In this document: piece after piece, positions 9,468 to 24,322 of the stretch
Position numbering within the stretch: position 1 is the stretch's first letter
Layout: the number at the start of each line of letters is the position of its first letter
Source: Pseudomonadota bacterium
GTDB taxonomy: Bacteria; Pseudomonadota; Gammaproteobacteria; Burkholderiales; Burkholderiaceae_C
Direction of reading: 5' to 3'
Length of the DNA stretch: 64,000 bases
Assembly: GCA_018241325.1 (NCBI GenBank)
Contig: JAFEEB010000021.1
Coordinates: 45,292-109,291 of the forward strand
Made by a program: the position numbers and the translations under genes
Notes under the pieces: model-generated
Database searches by the model: none
Told to the model about the DNA's origin: nothing
Seen by the model: the letters and a program-made list of their open reading frames with translations, nothing else

Positions 9468-9649
9468 ACCCCGGCGCGTTGCGGCATGGTGGAGCGCGCG
9501 CCTTGACTTGCATTCAGTGGCAGAATCCGATCTTTGCGAATTTCCCGGCCCTTCCCAGCCAGTCGCGTCCGCCATCCGGTTCAGCCGTGACGCGGAAGGT
9601 TTCCCAACCAACTTGAGCGCCCTGCAGGGGTGCGAAAGGCGAGCGCAGC

Positions 9650-12523
<2,874 letters not shown>

Positions 12524-12593
12524 TTGCATCCGCGCGGCGCGGGGTGCGTGCCCCTCGCCGTGCTCGTCAGATCAAAACCAGGAAACACATCCC

Positions 12594-13853
<1,260 letters not shown>

Positions 13854-13865
13854 TCGAGCGCCACG

Positions 13866-14189
13866 ATGTCGATCGCCGACGAACTCAGCAAGCTCGATGA
13901 ACTGCGCCAGCGCGGCACCTTGAGCGACGCCGAGTTCGCGCGCGCCAAGGAGCGGCTGCTGGGCACGGCGACGCCACCGCCGCCGGTGCCGCCGCCCGGG
14001 CTGGATGCCATCAATCGTCTGCGACGCAGCACCGGCGACCGGTGGATCGGCGGCGTGTGTGGCGGCCTGGCGCGGGCGACGGGCCTGGAAAGCTGGGTCT
14101 GGCGCCTGATCTTCGCGGTGCTGATCCTGTTTGGCGGCGCCGGCATCTTCATTTACCTTCTGCTGTGGATCTTCGTGCCGGCCGAATAG
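13866..14189 (+). CDS. Small membrane protein with a SHOCT-like N-terminus and a PspC domain
   Basis: ELSKLDELRQRGTLSDAEFARAKERLLG has the SHOCT pattern. DRWIGGVCGGLARATGLESWVWRLIFAVLILFGGAGIFIYLLLWIFVP has the PspC-domain pattern with a transmembrane helix. Confidence 0.7.
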   Translation: MSIADELSKLDELRQRGTLSDAEFARAKERLLGTATPPPPVPPPGLDAINRLRRSTGDRWIGGVCGGLARATGLESWVWRLIFAVLILFGGAGIFIYLLLWIFVPAE

Positions 14190-14216
14190 GCGCGGCATCC
14201 CAACTCACCCAACATC

Positions 14217-15644
<1,428 letters not shown>

Positions 15645-15656
15645 TCGATTTGAAGA

Positions 15657-15710
15657 GAAATTGGCCGGCAGCGCTTTTGTATCGTGCGCTGGCAGCTATC
15701 AAAATTATAG
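15657..15710 (+). repeat. Family-1 intergenic repeat, full copy (lpdA|zapE)
   Basis: GAAATTGGCCGGCAGCGCttttgtatcgtGCGCTGGCAGCTATCAAAATTATAG: a head, a CAGCGC/GCGCTG hairpin, and an AGCTATCAAAA tail. It ends 3 nt before the zapE ATG. Confidence 0.75.
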
Positions 15711-15713
15711 TTC

Positions 15714-16826
15714 ATGGATGCCGTCGTGAGCGCCGTGCGCGCCGCCTACGAGCGTGAGCTGGCCGCGCGCGGTTACCACGCCGACCCCGCGCAGCTGCGC
15801 GCGGTCGAGGCCTTGCAGCGCTGCGCCGACGAGTGGGCGGCGTACAAGAGCCGGCGCTCCAACGCCTTGAAGAAGCTGTTCAACCACCCCGACATCCCCA
15901 AGGGCGTGTACATGTACGGCGGGGTGGGACGCGGCAAGAGCTTCCTGATGGACTGCTTTTTCGAGGCCGTGCCCATCAAGCGCAAGACGCGCTTGCACTT
16001 TCACGAATTCATGCGCGAGGTGCAGCGCCAATTGACCGCGCTGCAAGGCACCGTCAACCCACTGGACGAGCTGGGCCGGCGCATGGCGCTGCGCTTCAAG
16101 CTGATCTGTTTTGACGAGTTTCACGTGGCCGACATCACCGACGCCATGATCTTGCACCGCCTGCTCAAGGCGCTGTTCGACAACGGCGTGGGTTTTGTCA
16201 CCACCAGCAATTTCAAGCCCGATGATCTGTACCCCGACGGCCTGCATCGCGACCGCATCCTGCCGGCCATCGCGTTGCTGAACGAGCGCATGGAGGTGAT
16301 CAACGTCGATCACGGCGTGGACTATCGCCATCGCACCTTGCAGGCGGTGCAGCTCTATCACACGCCGCTGGGCGAGGCGGCCGACGCGGCCATGGCGGCG
16401 GCCTTCACGCAACTGGCCAGCGGCCCCGACGAAGACCCGGTGCTGCACATCGAGGCGCGCGAGATCCACGCGCGCCGGCGGGCCGGCGGCGTGGTGTGGT
16501 TCGACTTTCGCACCCTGTGCGGCGGGCCGCGCTCGCAAAACGACTATCTGGAGATCGCCAGCCAGTTCAACACCGTGCTGCTGTCGGACGTGCCGCACAT
16601 GCCGGTGCGCATGGCCTCGGAGGCGCGGCGCTTCACCTGGCTGATCGACGTGCTCTACGATCGGCGCGTGAAACTGATCCTGTCCGCCGCCGTGGCACCC
16701 GAGCAGCTCTACACCGAGGGGCCGCTGGTGCACGAGTTTCCGCGCACCGTCTCGCGCCTGACCGAGATGCAGTCGGCCGAATACCTGGCCGAGCCGCACC
16801 GCACCGTGGATACCCACCTGACATGA
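15714..16826 (+). CDS. zapE: Cell division protein ZapE (AFG1-like ATPase)
   Basis: 370 aa with Walker A YMYGGVGRGKSFLMD, Walker B LICFDEFHV, and overall AFG1/ZapE colinearity. Confidence 0.88.
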   Translation: MDAVVSAVRAAYERELAARGYHADPAQLRAVEALQRCADEWAAYKSRRSNALKKLFNHPDIPKGVYMYGGVGRGKSFLMDCFFEAVPIKRKTRLHFHEFMREVQRQLTALQGTVNPLDELGRRMALRFKLICFDEFHVADITDAMILHRLLKALFDNGVGFVTTSNFKPDDLYPDGLHRDRILPAIALLNERMEVINVDHGVDYRHRTLQAVQLYHTPLGEAADAAMAAAFTQLASGPDEDPVLHIEAREIHARRRAGGVVWFDFRTLCGGPRSQNDYLEIASQFNTVLLSDVPHMPVRMASEARRFTWLIDVLYDRRVKLILSAAVAPEQLYTEGPLVHEFPRTVSRLTEMQSAEYLAEPHRTVDTHLT

Positions 16827-17203
16827 CGCTGCGCCCCCTGTTGATCCTGCTCTTGGGCGCGCTCGCTGCCGGGTGCGCGCAAGAGCCCCTGAACGCCGAT
16901 GTGCCGGCCTCGGTCGAGGTTTTGCAGGCGCCGGCTGACGTGCCCTTCGGCCCCTGGCTGCAGGGCCAGCGCGATCAGGTCGCGCAGCTGCGTACCACCG
17001 CCATGCAGCGCTACCACGACGAGGAGCTGGCCTGCTGGCATCGCTTTGCCGTCAATGCCTGCCTGGGCGACGCCCGGCAACAGCGCCGCGCGACACTGGA
17101 CGCGCTGCGGCAGAAGGACCTGGCCCTCAACGCCGCCGAGCGCGAACAGCGCACCGCCGAGCGCACGCGCGAGCTGGAGCAAAAACGCCAGGGCTCGAAC
17201 TGA
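16823..17203 (+). CDS. Putative lipoprotein, function unknown
   Basis: MTLRPLLILLLGALAAGC is a signal peptide with a lipobox. The C-terminal half is charged and coiled-coil-like. Its ATG overlaps the zapE stop (ATGA). Confidence 0.55.
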   Translation: MTLRPLLILLLGALAAGCAQEPLNADVPASVEVLQAPADVPFGPWLQGQRDQVAQLRTTAMQRYHDEELACWHRFAVNACLGDARQQRRATLDALRQKDLALNAAEREQRTAERTRELEQKRQGSN

Positions 17204-17216
17204 GCCCCGCTGCGCG

Positions 17217-18017
17217 TCAACCCAGCGGCGTCAACGACGAGCGGCGCGTCGGCTTGGGGTCGATCGGCGGCTCGATCTTCAGGATGGCCAGCGACAGGTT
17301 GTCGCCCGTGCCGTCGGCGCGCTGACGCGCCTTTTCGACCAGGAATTCGCTGGCTTCGCGCGGGGTCAGGGTGCTCAGCACGGAGCCCAGCTCCTCGGTG
17401 TTGAAGTAGTGCCACACCCCGTCCGAGCAGGCGAGCAGCGTGTCGCCGATCTGCAGGCGCGGCAGGTACTGGGGCGTGAAGGTCGGTTCGGGCTCGGTGC
17501 CCAGGCAGGAGGTCAGGACGTTGGATTGCGGGTGATCGTTGGCCTCATCATCGCTCAGTTGTCCCTGGGCGACGAGCGTTTGCACGTAGGAGTGATCGGT
17601 GGTGCGCCGCACCAGCTGGGCGCCGCGAAAGTGGTGCAGGCGACTGTCGCCGCAGTGCAGCCAGTGGCACTCGCCGCCCGGGTTCAACAAGAACGCGGCG
17701 ACGGTGCTGTGCGGCTCCTGCTCGGCGGCAATGGCCGTCAGCTTGATGACCAGGTGCGCTTCTTGCGCGATCTGGCGCAGCAGCGCCGCGCCATCGTCGC
17801 TTTCGGGGTCGTAGCGTTCGAACAGCTGGCGCGCCGTCAGCAGCACCTGGTCGGCCGCCTTTCGACCGCCCGTGCGCCCGCCCATGCCGTCGGCCACCAC
17901 GCCCAGCACGCAACCGTTGGCGCGCGCGTGCGTGAGCAAGGCCACCTGGTCTTGCTGGTAATCGCGATCGCCCTTGTGCAGACCGGTGGCGGCGCTGAGT
18001 CGGTATCCCTTGTCCAT
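17217..18017 (-). CDS. PP2C-family serine/threonine protein phosphatase
   Basis: GDRDYQQD, VVADGMGG, CGDSR, LLACSDGVW and TGDNLSLAI match PPM motifs. The longest ORF starts at 18164. ATG 18017 (MDKGY...) was chosen. Confidence 0.85.
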   Translation of the reverse strand: MDKGYRLSAATGLHKGDRDYQQDQVALLTHARANGCVLGVVADGMGGRTGGRKAADQVLLTARQLFERYDPESDDGAALLRQIAQEAHLVIKLTAIAAEQEPHSTVAAFLLNPGGECHWLHCGDSRLHHFRGAQLVRRTTDHSYVQTLVAQGQLSDDEANDHPQSNVLTSCLGTEPEPTFTPQYLPRLQIGDTLLACSDGVWHYFNTEELGSVLSTLTPREASEFLVEKARQRADGTGDNLSLAILKIEPPIDPKPTRRSSLTPLG

Positions 18018-18123
18018 GCGTGTGTTTCCCTGACGCCGCCGGAGCTGGCGACGCCGTATTATCCCGTGGACGCGCCGCCCGTTTGCCGGGTGACAACCCG
18101 CCCCTGCCGAAGAACCCCGCACC

Positions 18124-20193
18124 GTGAATTCATCCACGCCCCTGGCGCAGGCCGTGTCGGCCATGTTCGAGCCGCACGGCGCCTTGGCGCGCGCGGTGGA
18201 TGGCTTTCAGCCGCGCGCCGGGCAGGCCGAGATGGCGCAGGCGGTCGCGCGCGTGATGGAGCAGGGCGGCGTGCTGGTGGCCGAGGCCGCCACCGGCGTG
18301 GGCAAGACCTTCGCCTACCTGGTGCCGGCCCTGCTGTCGGGCGAGCGCGTGCTGCTGTCCACCGCGACCAAGGCGCTGCAAGACCAGCTGTTCGGGCGTG
18401 ACTTGCCGCGTCTGGCACAGGCGCTGGGTGTGCCGGTGCGCACGGCCTTGCTCAAGGGGCGGGGCAGCTATCTGTGCCTGCATCGGCTGGAGCTGGCCGG
18501 TCAGGCCATCGACGCCGGCACGCCACACCTGCGTCGCACGCTATCGAATGTGGAGCGATGGGCCAAGGCCACGCGCACCGGCGATCTGGCCGAGGTGCCG
18601 GCTCTGGATGAGCGCTCGCCCGTGGTGCCGCTGGTGACCAGCACGCGCGAGAACTGCCTGGGTGCCGACTGTCCGCAGTTCAAGGCCTGCCACGTCAACG
18701 GGGCGCGGCGCGAGGCCATGGCTGCCGATGTGGTGGTGATCAACCACCATCTGTTTTTTGCCGACCTGGCGATCCGCGAATCGGGCATGGCCGAGTTGCT
18801 GCCCAGCGTGCGCGTGGTGGTGTTCGACGAGGCGCACCAGCTCAACGAAACGGGCATTCAGTTTCTGGGCCAGCAACTGGGCACCGGGCAGTTGCTGGAC
18901 CTGGCGCGCGACGTGTTGGCGGTGGGCCTGAAGCACGCGCGGGGCCAGGCCGACTGGAACGCCCTGGCGGGCGAGCTGGAGGGCGCGGCGCGCGATTTGC
19001 GACTGGCGGGCGGCACCGCGCGCGGCCAGGCGCGCTTGCGCTGGAGCGACGCGGTGCCGGACGGCCTGGATGAATCGGCCTGGCACGCGGCCCTGCAGCG
19101 CGTGGTGTCGGCGCTGGCGGGCGCCATGGACGTGCTGGCGGCGGTGGATGAGCAAAGCCCCGACTTGCGGCGCCTGCACGAGCGCCTGGCGCTGCTGGCC
19201 GAGCGCGCGGGGCATTTTCAGCAGCCCTGCGACAGCGCGCTGGTGCGCTGGGTGGACGTGGGCGGCAGCGCGCTGCGCCTGCGCGAATCGCCGCTGGACA
19301 TTGCCGACACGGTGCGCGCCCGGTTGCTGGGCGCGCCCCCGCAGGACCCGGCGGCGCCCGAGGCGGGTGGGCCGCCCCCCGAACGGCCGCGCGCCTGGGT
19401 GTTCGTGTCGGCCACGCTGGGCGATGACGAGCGCCTGTCCTGGTTTACCGAGCCCTGCGGCCTGCAAGAGGCCGAGGTGATGCACGTGGGCAGCCCGTTC
19501 GACTATGCGCGCCAGGCGGCGCTGTACGTGCCCCCGCACGGGCCCCGTCCGGGTGATCCGGCGCACGCCCAGCAGGTGGCCCGCCTGGCCGGCGACGGCG
19601 CGGCGCGGCTGGGGGGGCGCACCATGGTGCTGACGACCACGCTGCGCGCGCTGCGCGAGATCGGCGAGGCGCTGCGCCAGCGCTTCGAGGTCGATGGCGA
19701 CATCGAGGTGCTGGTGCAGGGCAGCCTGCCCAAACGCGAGCTGATGGAGCGCTTTCGCCGCGGCGCCGAGCCCGGGCGCGCCGGTTGCGTGCTGGTCGGC
19801 TCCAGCTCGTTCTGGGAGGGGGTGGACCTGCCCGGCGACGCGCTGCAACTGGTGGTGATCGACAAGCTGCCGTTTCCGCCGCCGGGCGATCCGCTGGTCG
19901 ATGCGCGCTGCCGGCGCTTCGAGCAGCAAGGGCGCAGTGCTTTTGCGGCCTATTCGCTGCCCGAGGCGGCGGTCGCCCTCAAGCAGGGCGCCGGGCGGCT
20001 GATCCGCAGCGAGACCGACGTCGGCCTGTTGGTGATCTGCGATCCGCGCCTGGTCAGCATGGGCTACGGGCGGCGCCTGCTGGCGGCCTTGCCGCCCATG
20101 CGCCGGCTGACCACTGCGGCGGCGTTCGATGCCGAGTTGGACAGCCTGGGCGCCGCGCCGCGCGAGCCGGTCGATTCGGCCGTGCAGGCTTGA
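18124..20193 (+). CDS. dinG: ATP-dependent DNA helicase, DinG/YoaA family
   Basis: EAATGVGKTFAYLVP Walker A, four Cys residues (CLHR...C..C..C) in the Fe-S region, VFDEAHQL DEAH box, and C-terminal helicase motifs (SFWEGVDLPG, QGAGRLIR). GTG start. Confidence 0.88.
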   Translation: MNSSTPLAQAVSAMFEPHGALARAVDGFQPRAGQAEMAQAVARVMEQGGVLVAEAATGVGKTFAYLVPALLSGERVLLSTATKALQDQLFGRDLPRLAQALGVPVRTALLKGRGSYLCLHRLELAGQAIDAGTPHLRRTLSNVERWAKATRTGDLAEVPALDERSPVVPLVTSTRENCLGADCPQFKACHVNGARREAMAADVVVINHHLFFADLAIRESGMAELLPSVRVVVFDEAHQLNETGIQFLGQQLGTGQLLDLARDVLAVGLKHARGQADWNALAGELEGAARDLRLAGGTARGQARLRWSDAVPDGLDESAWHAALQRVVSALAGAMDVLAAVDEQSPDLRRLHERLALLAERAGHFQQPCDSALVRWVDVGGSALRLRESPLDIADTVRARLLGAPPQDPAAPEAGGPPPERPRAWVFVSATLGDDERLSWFTEPCGLQEAEVMHVGSPFDYARQAALYVPPHGPRPGDPAHAQQVARLAGDGAARLGGRTMVLTTTLRALREIGEALRQRFEVDGDIEVLVQGSLPKRELMERFRRGAEPGRAGCVLVGSSSFWEGVDLPGDALQLVVIDKLPFPPPGDPLVDARCRRFEQQGRSAFAAYSLPEAAVALKQGAGRLIRSETDVGLLVICDPRLVSMGYGRRLLAALPPMRRLTTAAAFDAELDSLGAAPREPVDSAVQA

Positions 20194-21131
20194 GTCGTGG
20201 CCCCAGGGGCTGGTGCTTTGGCCGTCGCGCCAAGGTGCGCGCGCGCCAGCTCCCGCAGCAGCACCAACACGGCCCGTTGGGCGCCGGTGCTGGGGCGCAG
20301 TGCACTCGACGCGGTGAACAGCGGAATCTGCATGGCCCGGCTCGCCGCGGTTTCGATGGGGTGCAGGTCGAAGGCGCCGGGTTTGGCCACGCCCGCCAGT
20401 GCGTGGCGCGAGAGCACCGCGCAGCCGGCGCCGTCGGCCACCAGGTCGAGGATGGCGCCGACCCCGTCGATCTCCAGTGCCACGCGGGGCCGCAAGCCCG
20501 CGGCGGCCAGCTGGTTTTCGACGTGCGTGCGAATGGCGTTGGGGCGGCTGGGGATCACCAGGGGCAGGCGCGACAGCGCCTCCAGGCTGATCGATGCGGA
20601 CGGGTCGCGGCGCGCCGAGGCGCACTGCACCAGCACCAGCTCGTCGCTGGCCAGGGGCTCGATCTCCAGGCCCGGCACGGGCCGGGCGTTGTAGAGCACC
20701 GCGATGTCCAGCCGGCCGCTGGCCACCTGCTCCTGCATGTTGGTGGACAGGGCCTCGGCAATCGACAGGTGCGCCTCGGGCAATTGCCGGCTGAAGGCGC
20801 GCACCAGCGGCACCGCCAGCGCCCGCGCCACACTGGGCGGCAGGCCCAGCGTGACGCGGCCGGCCAGCCCGCCGCGCAGGCGCGCCAGCTCATCGCGCGC
20901 GCGTCCCACCTGATGCAGGATGCCGCGCGCGTGCTCCAGCAGGACCAGGCCCGTCTCGGTCGGCACGGCGCCGCGGCCGTGGCGTTGCAGCAGGTTCTGG
21001 CGCAGCTCCACCTCCAGCAGTCGCACCTGGCGGCTGATGGCCGGCTGGGCCACGTCCAGCGCCAGCGCGGCACGGCTGAAGCTGCCGAGTTCGGCGACGC
21101 GGACGAAATATTCGAGTTGTCGCAAGTCCAT
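20064..21131 (-). CDS. LysR-family transcriptional regulator, candidate regulator of the adjacent pobA/lig genes
   Basis: MDLRQLEYFVRVAELGSFSRAALALDVAQPAISRQVRLLE is the LysR HTH. The gene is divergent from pobA. About 55 low-complexity C-terminal residues overlap the dinG 3' end. Confidence 0.85.
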   Translation of the reverse strand: MDLRQLEYFVRVAELGSFSRAALALDVAQPAISRQVRLLEVELRQNLLQRHGRGAVPTETGLVLLEHARGILHQVGRARDELARLRGGLAGRVTLGLPPSVARALAVPLVRAFSRQLPEAHLSIAEALSTNMQEQVASGRLDIAVLYNARPVPGLEIEPLASDELVLVQCASARRDPSASISLEALSRLPLVIPSRPNAIRTHVENQLAAAGLRPRVALEIDGVGAILDLVADGAGCAVLSRHALAGVAKPGAFDLHPIETAASRAMQIPLFTASSALRPSTGAQRAVLVLLRELARAHLGATAKAPAPGATTQACTAESTGSRGAAPRLSNSASNAAAVVSRRMGGKAASRRRP

Positions 21132-21192
21132 GGAATACCCGCTTGAATGCAATGGCTATCGGTAAGGTATGCCATTTTGATCTAGCTGCTAG

Positions 21193-22491
<1,299 letters not shown>

Positions 22492-22523
22492 GGCCCGCTG
22501 CCCATTCTGGAAGGACACTCCCC

Positions 22524-23552
22524 ATGATCATCGACTGCCACGGCCACTACACCACCGCGCCCAAGGCGCTGGAAGACTGGCGCAAGCGCCAGATCGCCGG
22601 CATTGCAGACCCTGCGGCCATGCCCCGCGTGTCCGAGTTGAAGATCTCCGATGACGAGCTGCGCGAGTCGATCGAGAGCAACCAGCTGCGCCTGATGCGT
22701 GAGCGCGGCAGCGATCTGACCATCTTCAGCCCGCGCGCCAGCTTCATGGCGCACCACATCGGCGACTTTCAGGTGTCCAGCACCTGGGCGGAGATCTGCA
22801 ACGAGCTGTGCCACCGGGTGAGCCAGCTGTTCCCCGATCATTTCATCGGCGCGGCCATGCTGCCGCAGTCGCCGGGCGTCGATCCGGCCAGCTGCATCCC
22901 CGAGCTGGACAAGTGCGTCCGCGACTACGGCTTCGTCGGCATCAACCTGAACCCCGACCCGTCCGGCGGCCACTGGACGAGCCCGCCGCTGACCGACCGC
23001 CACTGGTACCCCATCTACGAAAAAATGGTCGAGTGGGACATCCCCGCCATGATCCACGTCAGCACCTCGTGCAACGCCTGCTTTCACACCACCGGGGCGC
23101 ACTACATCAACGCCGACACCACGGCGGTCATGCAGCTCATCCAGGGCGATCTGTTCAAGGATTTTCCGACGCTGAAGTTCGTCATCCCGCACGGCGGCGG
23201 CGCCGCGCCCTACCACTGGGGGCGCTACCGCGGCCTGGCACAAGAGCTGAAAAAGCCGCTGCTCAGCGAGCACCTGCTGCACAACGTGTTCTTCGACACC
23301 TGCGTTTACCACCAGCCGGGCATCGATTTGCTGATGAAGGTGATCCCGGTGGACAACATCCTGTTCGCCAGCGAGATGATCGGCGCCGTGCGCGGCATCG
23401 ACCCGGAGACCGGCCACTACTACGACGACACCAAGCGCTATGTGCAGGCCACCGCCCACCTGAGCGACGCGCAGCGCCACCAGATTTACGAAGGCAATGC
23501 GCGGCGCGTGTTTCCGCGCCTCGATGCGCAGCTCAAGGCACGGGATTTGTAA
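22524..23552 (+). CDS. ligJ: 4-oxalomesaconate hydratase (amidohydrolase fold)
   Basis: MIIDCHGHYT...IFSPRAS...PHGGGAAPYHWGRYRGLA...FDTCVYHQPGIDLL...RVFPRLDAQLKARDL is nearly colinear with Sphingobium LigJ / Comamonas PmdE as I remember them. Confidence 0.88.
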   Translation: MIIDCHGHYTTAPKALEDWRKRQIAGIADPAAMPRVSELKISDDELRESIESNQLRLMRERGSDLTIFSPRASFMAHHIGDFQVSSTWAEICNELCHRVSQLFPDHFIGAAMLPQSPGVDPASCIPELDKCVRDYGFVGINLNPDPSGGHWTSPPLTDRHWYPIYEKMVEWDIPAMIHVSTSCNACFHTTGAHYINADTTAVMQLIQGDLFKDFPTLKFVIPHGGGAAPYHWGRYRGLAQELKKPLLSEHLLHNVFFDTCVYHQPGIDLLMKVIPVDNILFASEMIGAVRGIDPETGHYYDDTKRYVQATAHLSDAQRHQIYEGNARRVFPRLDAQLKARDL

Positions 23553-23556
23553 GACA

Positions 23557-23607
23557 AATATGGCTCTAGCGCTTGCTGATCAAGCGCGACCAGCTATTGT
23601 TTTTGTA
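23557..23607 (+). repeat. Family-1 intergenic repeat, full copy (ligJ|ligK)
   Basis: AAATATGGCTCTAGCGCTTGctgatCAAGCGCGACCAGCTATTGTTTTTGTAG, with a 7-bp hairpin GCGCTTG/CAAGCGC. Confidence 0.75.
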
Positions 23608-23626
23608 GTTTTTTCCGGAGATTGCA

Positions 23627-24310
23627 ATGTACGAACTGGGCGTGGTTTACCGCAACATCACGCGCGCCGACCGCAGCGCTGCCGACGCGTTGGCGCATTT
23701 CGGCAGTGCCACCGTGCACGAGGCCATGGGCCGCGTCGGCCTGCTCAAGCCCTACATGCGCCCGATCTACTCCGGCGCGCAGGTGTCGGGCACGGCCGTC
23801 ACCGTGTTGCTGCAGCCGGGCGACAACTGGATGATGCACGTGGCGGCCGAGCAGATCCGGCCGGGCGACATCGTGGTGGCCACCGTCACCGCGGAATGCA
23901 CCGACGGCTACTTCGGCGACCTGCTGGCCACCAGCTTCAAGGCGCGCGGCGCGCGCGCCCTCGTCATCGACGCCGGCGTGCGCGACGTGCGCACGTTGCA
24001 CGAGATGGGTTTTCCGGTCTGGAGCAAGGCCATCAGCGCCAAGGGCACCATCAAGGCGACGCCGGGCTCGGTCAACATCCCCATCGTTTGCGCCGGCATG
24101 CTGGTCACGCCCGGTGACGTGATCGTCGCCGACGACGACGGCATCGTCTGCGTGCCCGCCGCGCGCGCCGCGCAGACGCTGGAGGCGGCGCAAAAGCGCG
24201 AGGCCAACGAGGGCGCCAAGCGCGACATCTTTGCCAGCGGCGTGCTCGGGCTGGACTACTACAAAATGCGCGAAGGGCTGGCCAAGGCCGGCTTGCGCTA
24301 CATCGACTGA
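23627..24310 (+). CDS. ligK: 4-carboxy-4-hydroxy-2-oxoadipate aldolase / oxaloacetate decarboxylase (RraA-like fold)
   Basis: 227 aa. [37 protein letters not shown] and the tail [12 protein letters not shown] match LigK/PmdF-type HMG/CHA aldolases. Confidence 0.88.
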   Translation: MYELGVVYRNITRADRSAADALAHFGSATVHEAMGRVGLLKPYMRPIYSGAQVSGTAVTVLLQPGDNWMMHVAAEQIRPGDIVVATVTAECTDGYFGDLLATSFKARGARALVIDAGVRDVRTLHEMGFPVWSKAISAKGTIKATPGSVNIPIVCAGMLVTPGDVIVADDDGIVCVPAARAAQTLEAAQKREANEGAKRDIFASGVLGLDYYKMREGLAKAGLRYID

Positions 24311-24322
24311 CGATCGGGGGGA

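Noticed and set aside
12524-12593. sucA|sucB spacer with hairpin GGGG-tgcgtg-CCCC followed by CAGATCAAAACCAG, considered as a diverged family-1 copy
   Set aside because: Only the ATCAAAAC tail resembles the family, and the head and stem do not. The evidence is too weak to call.
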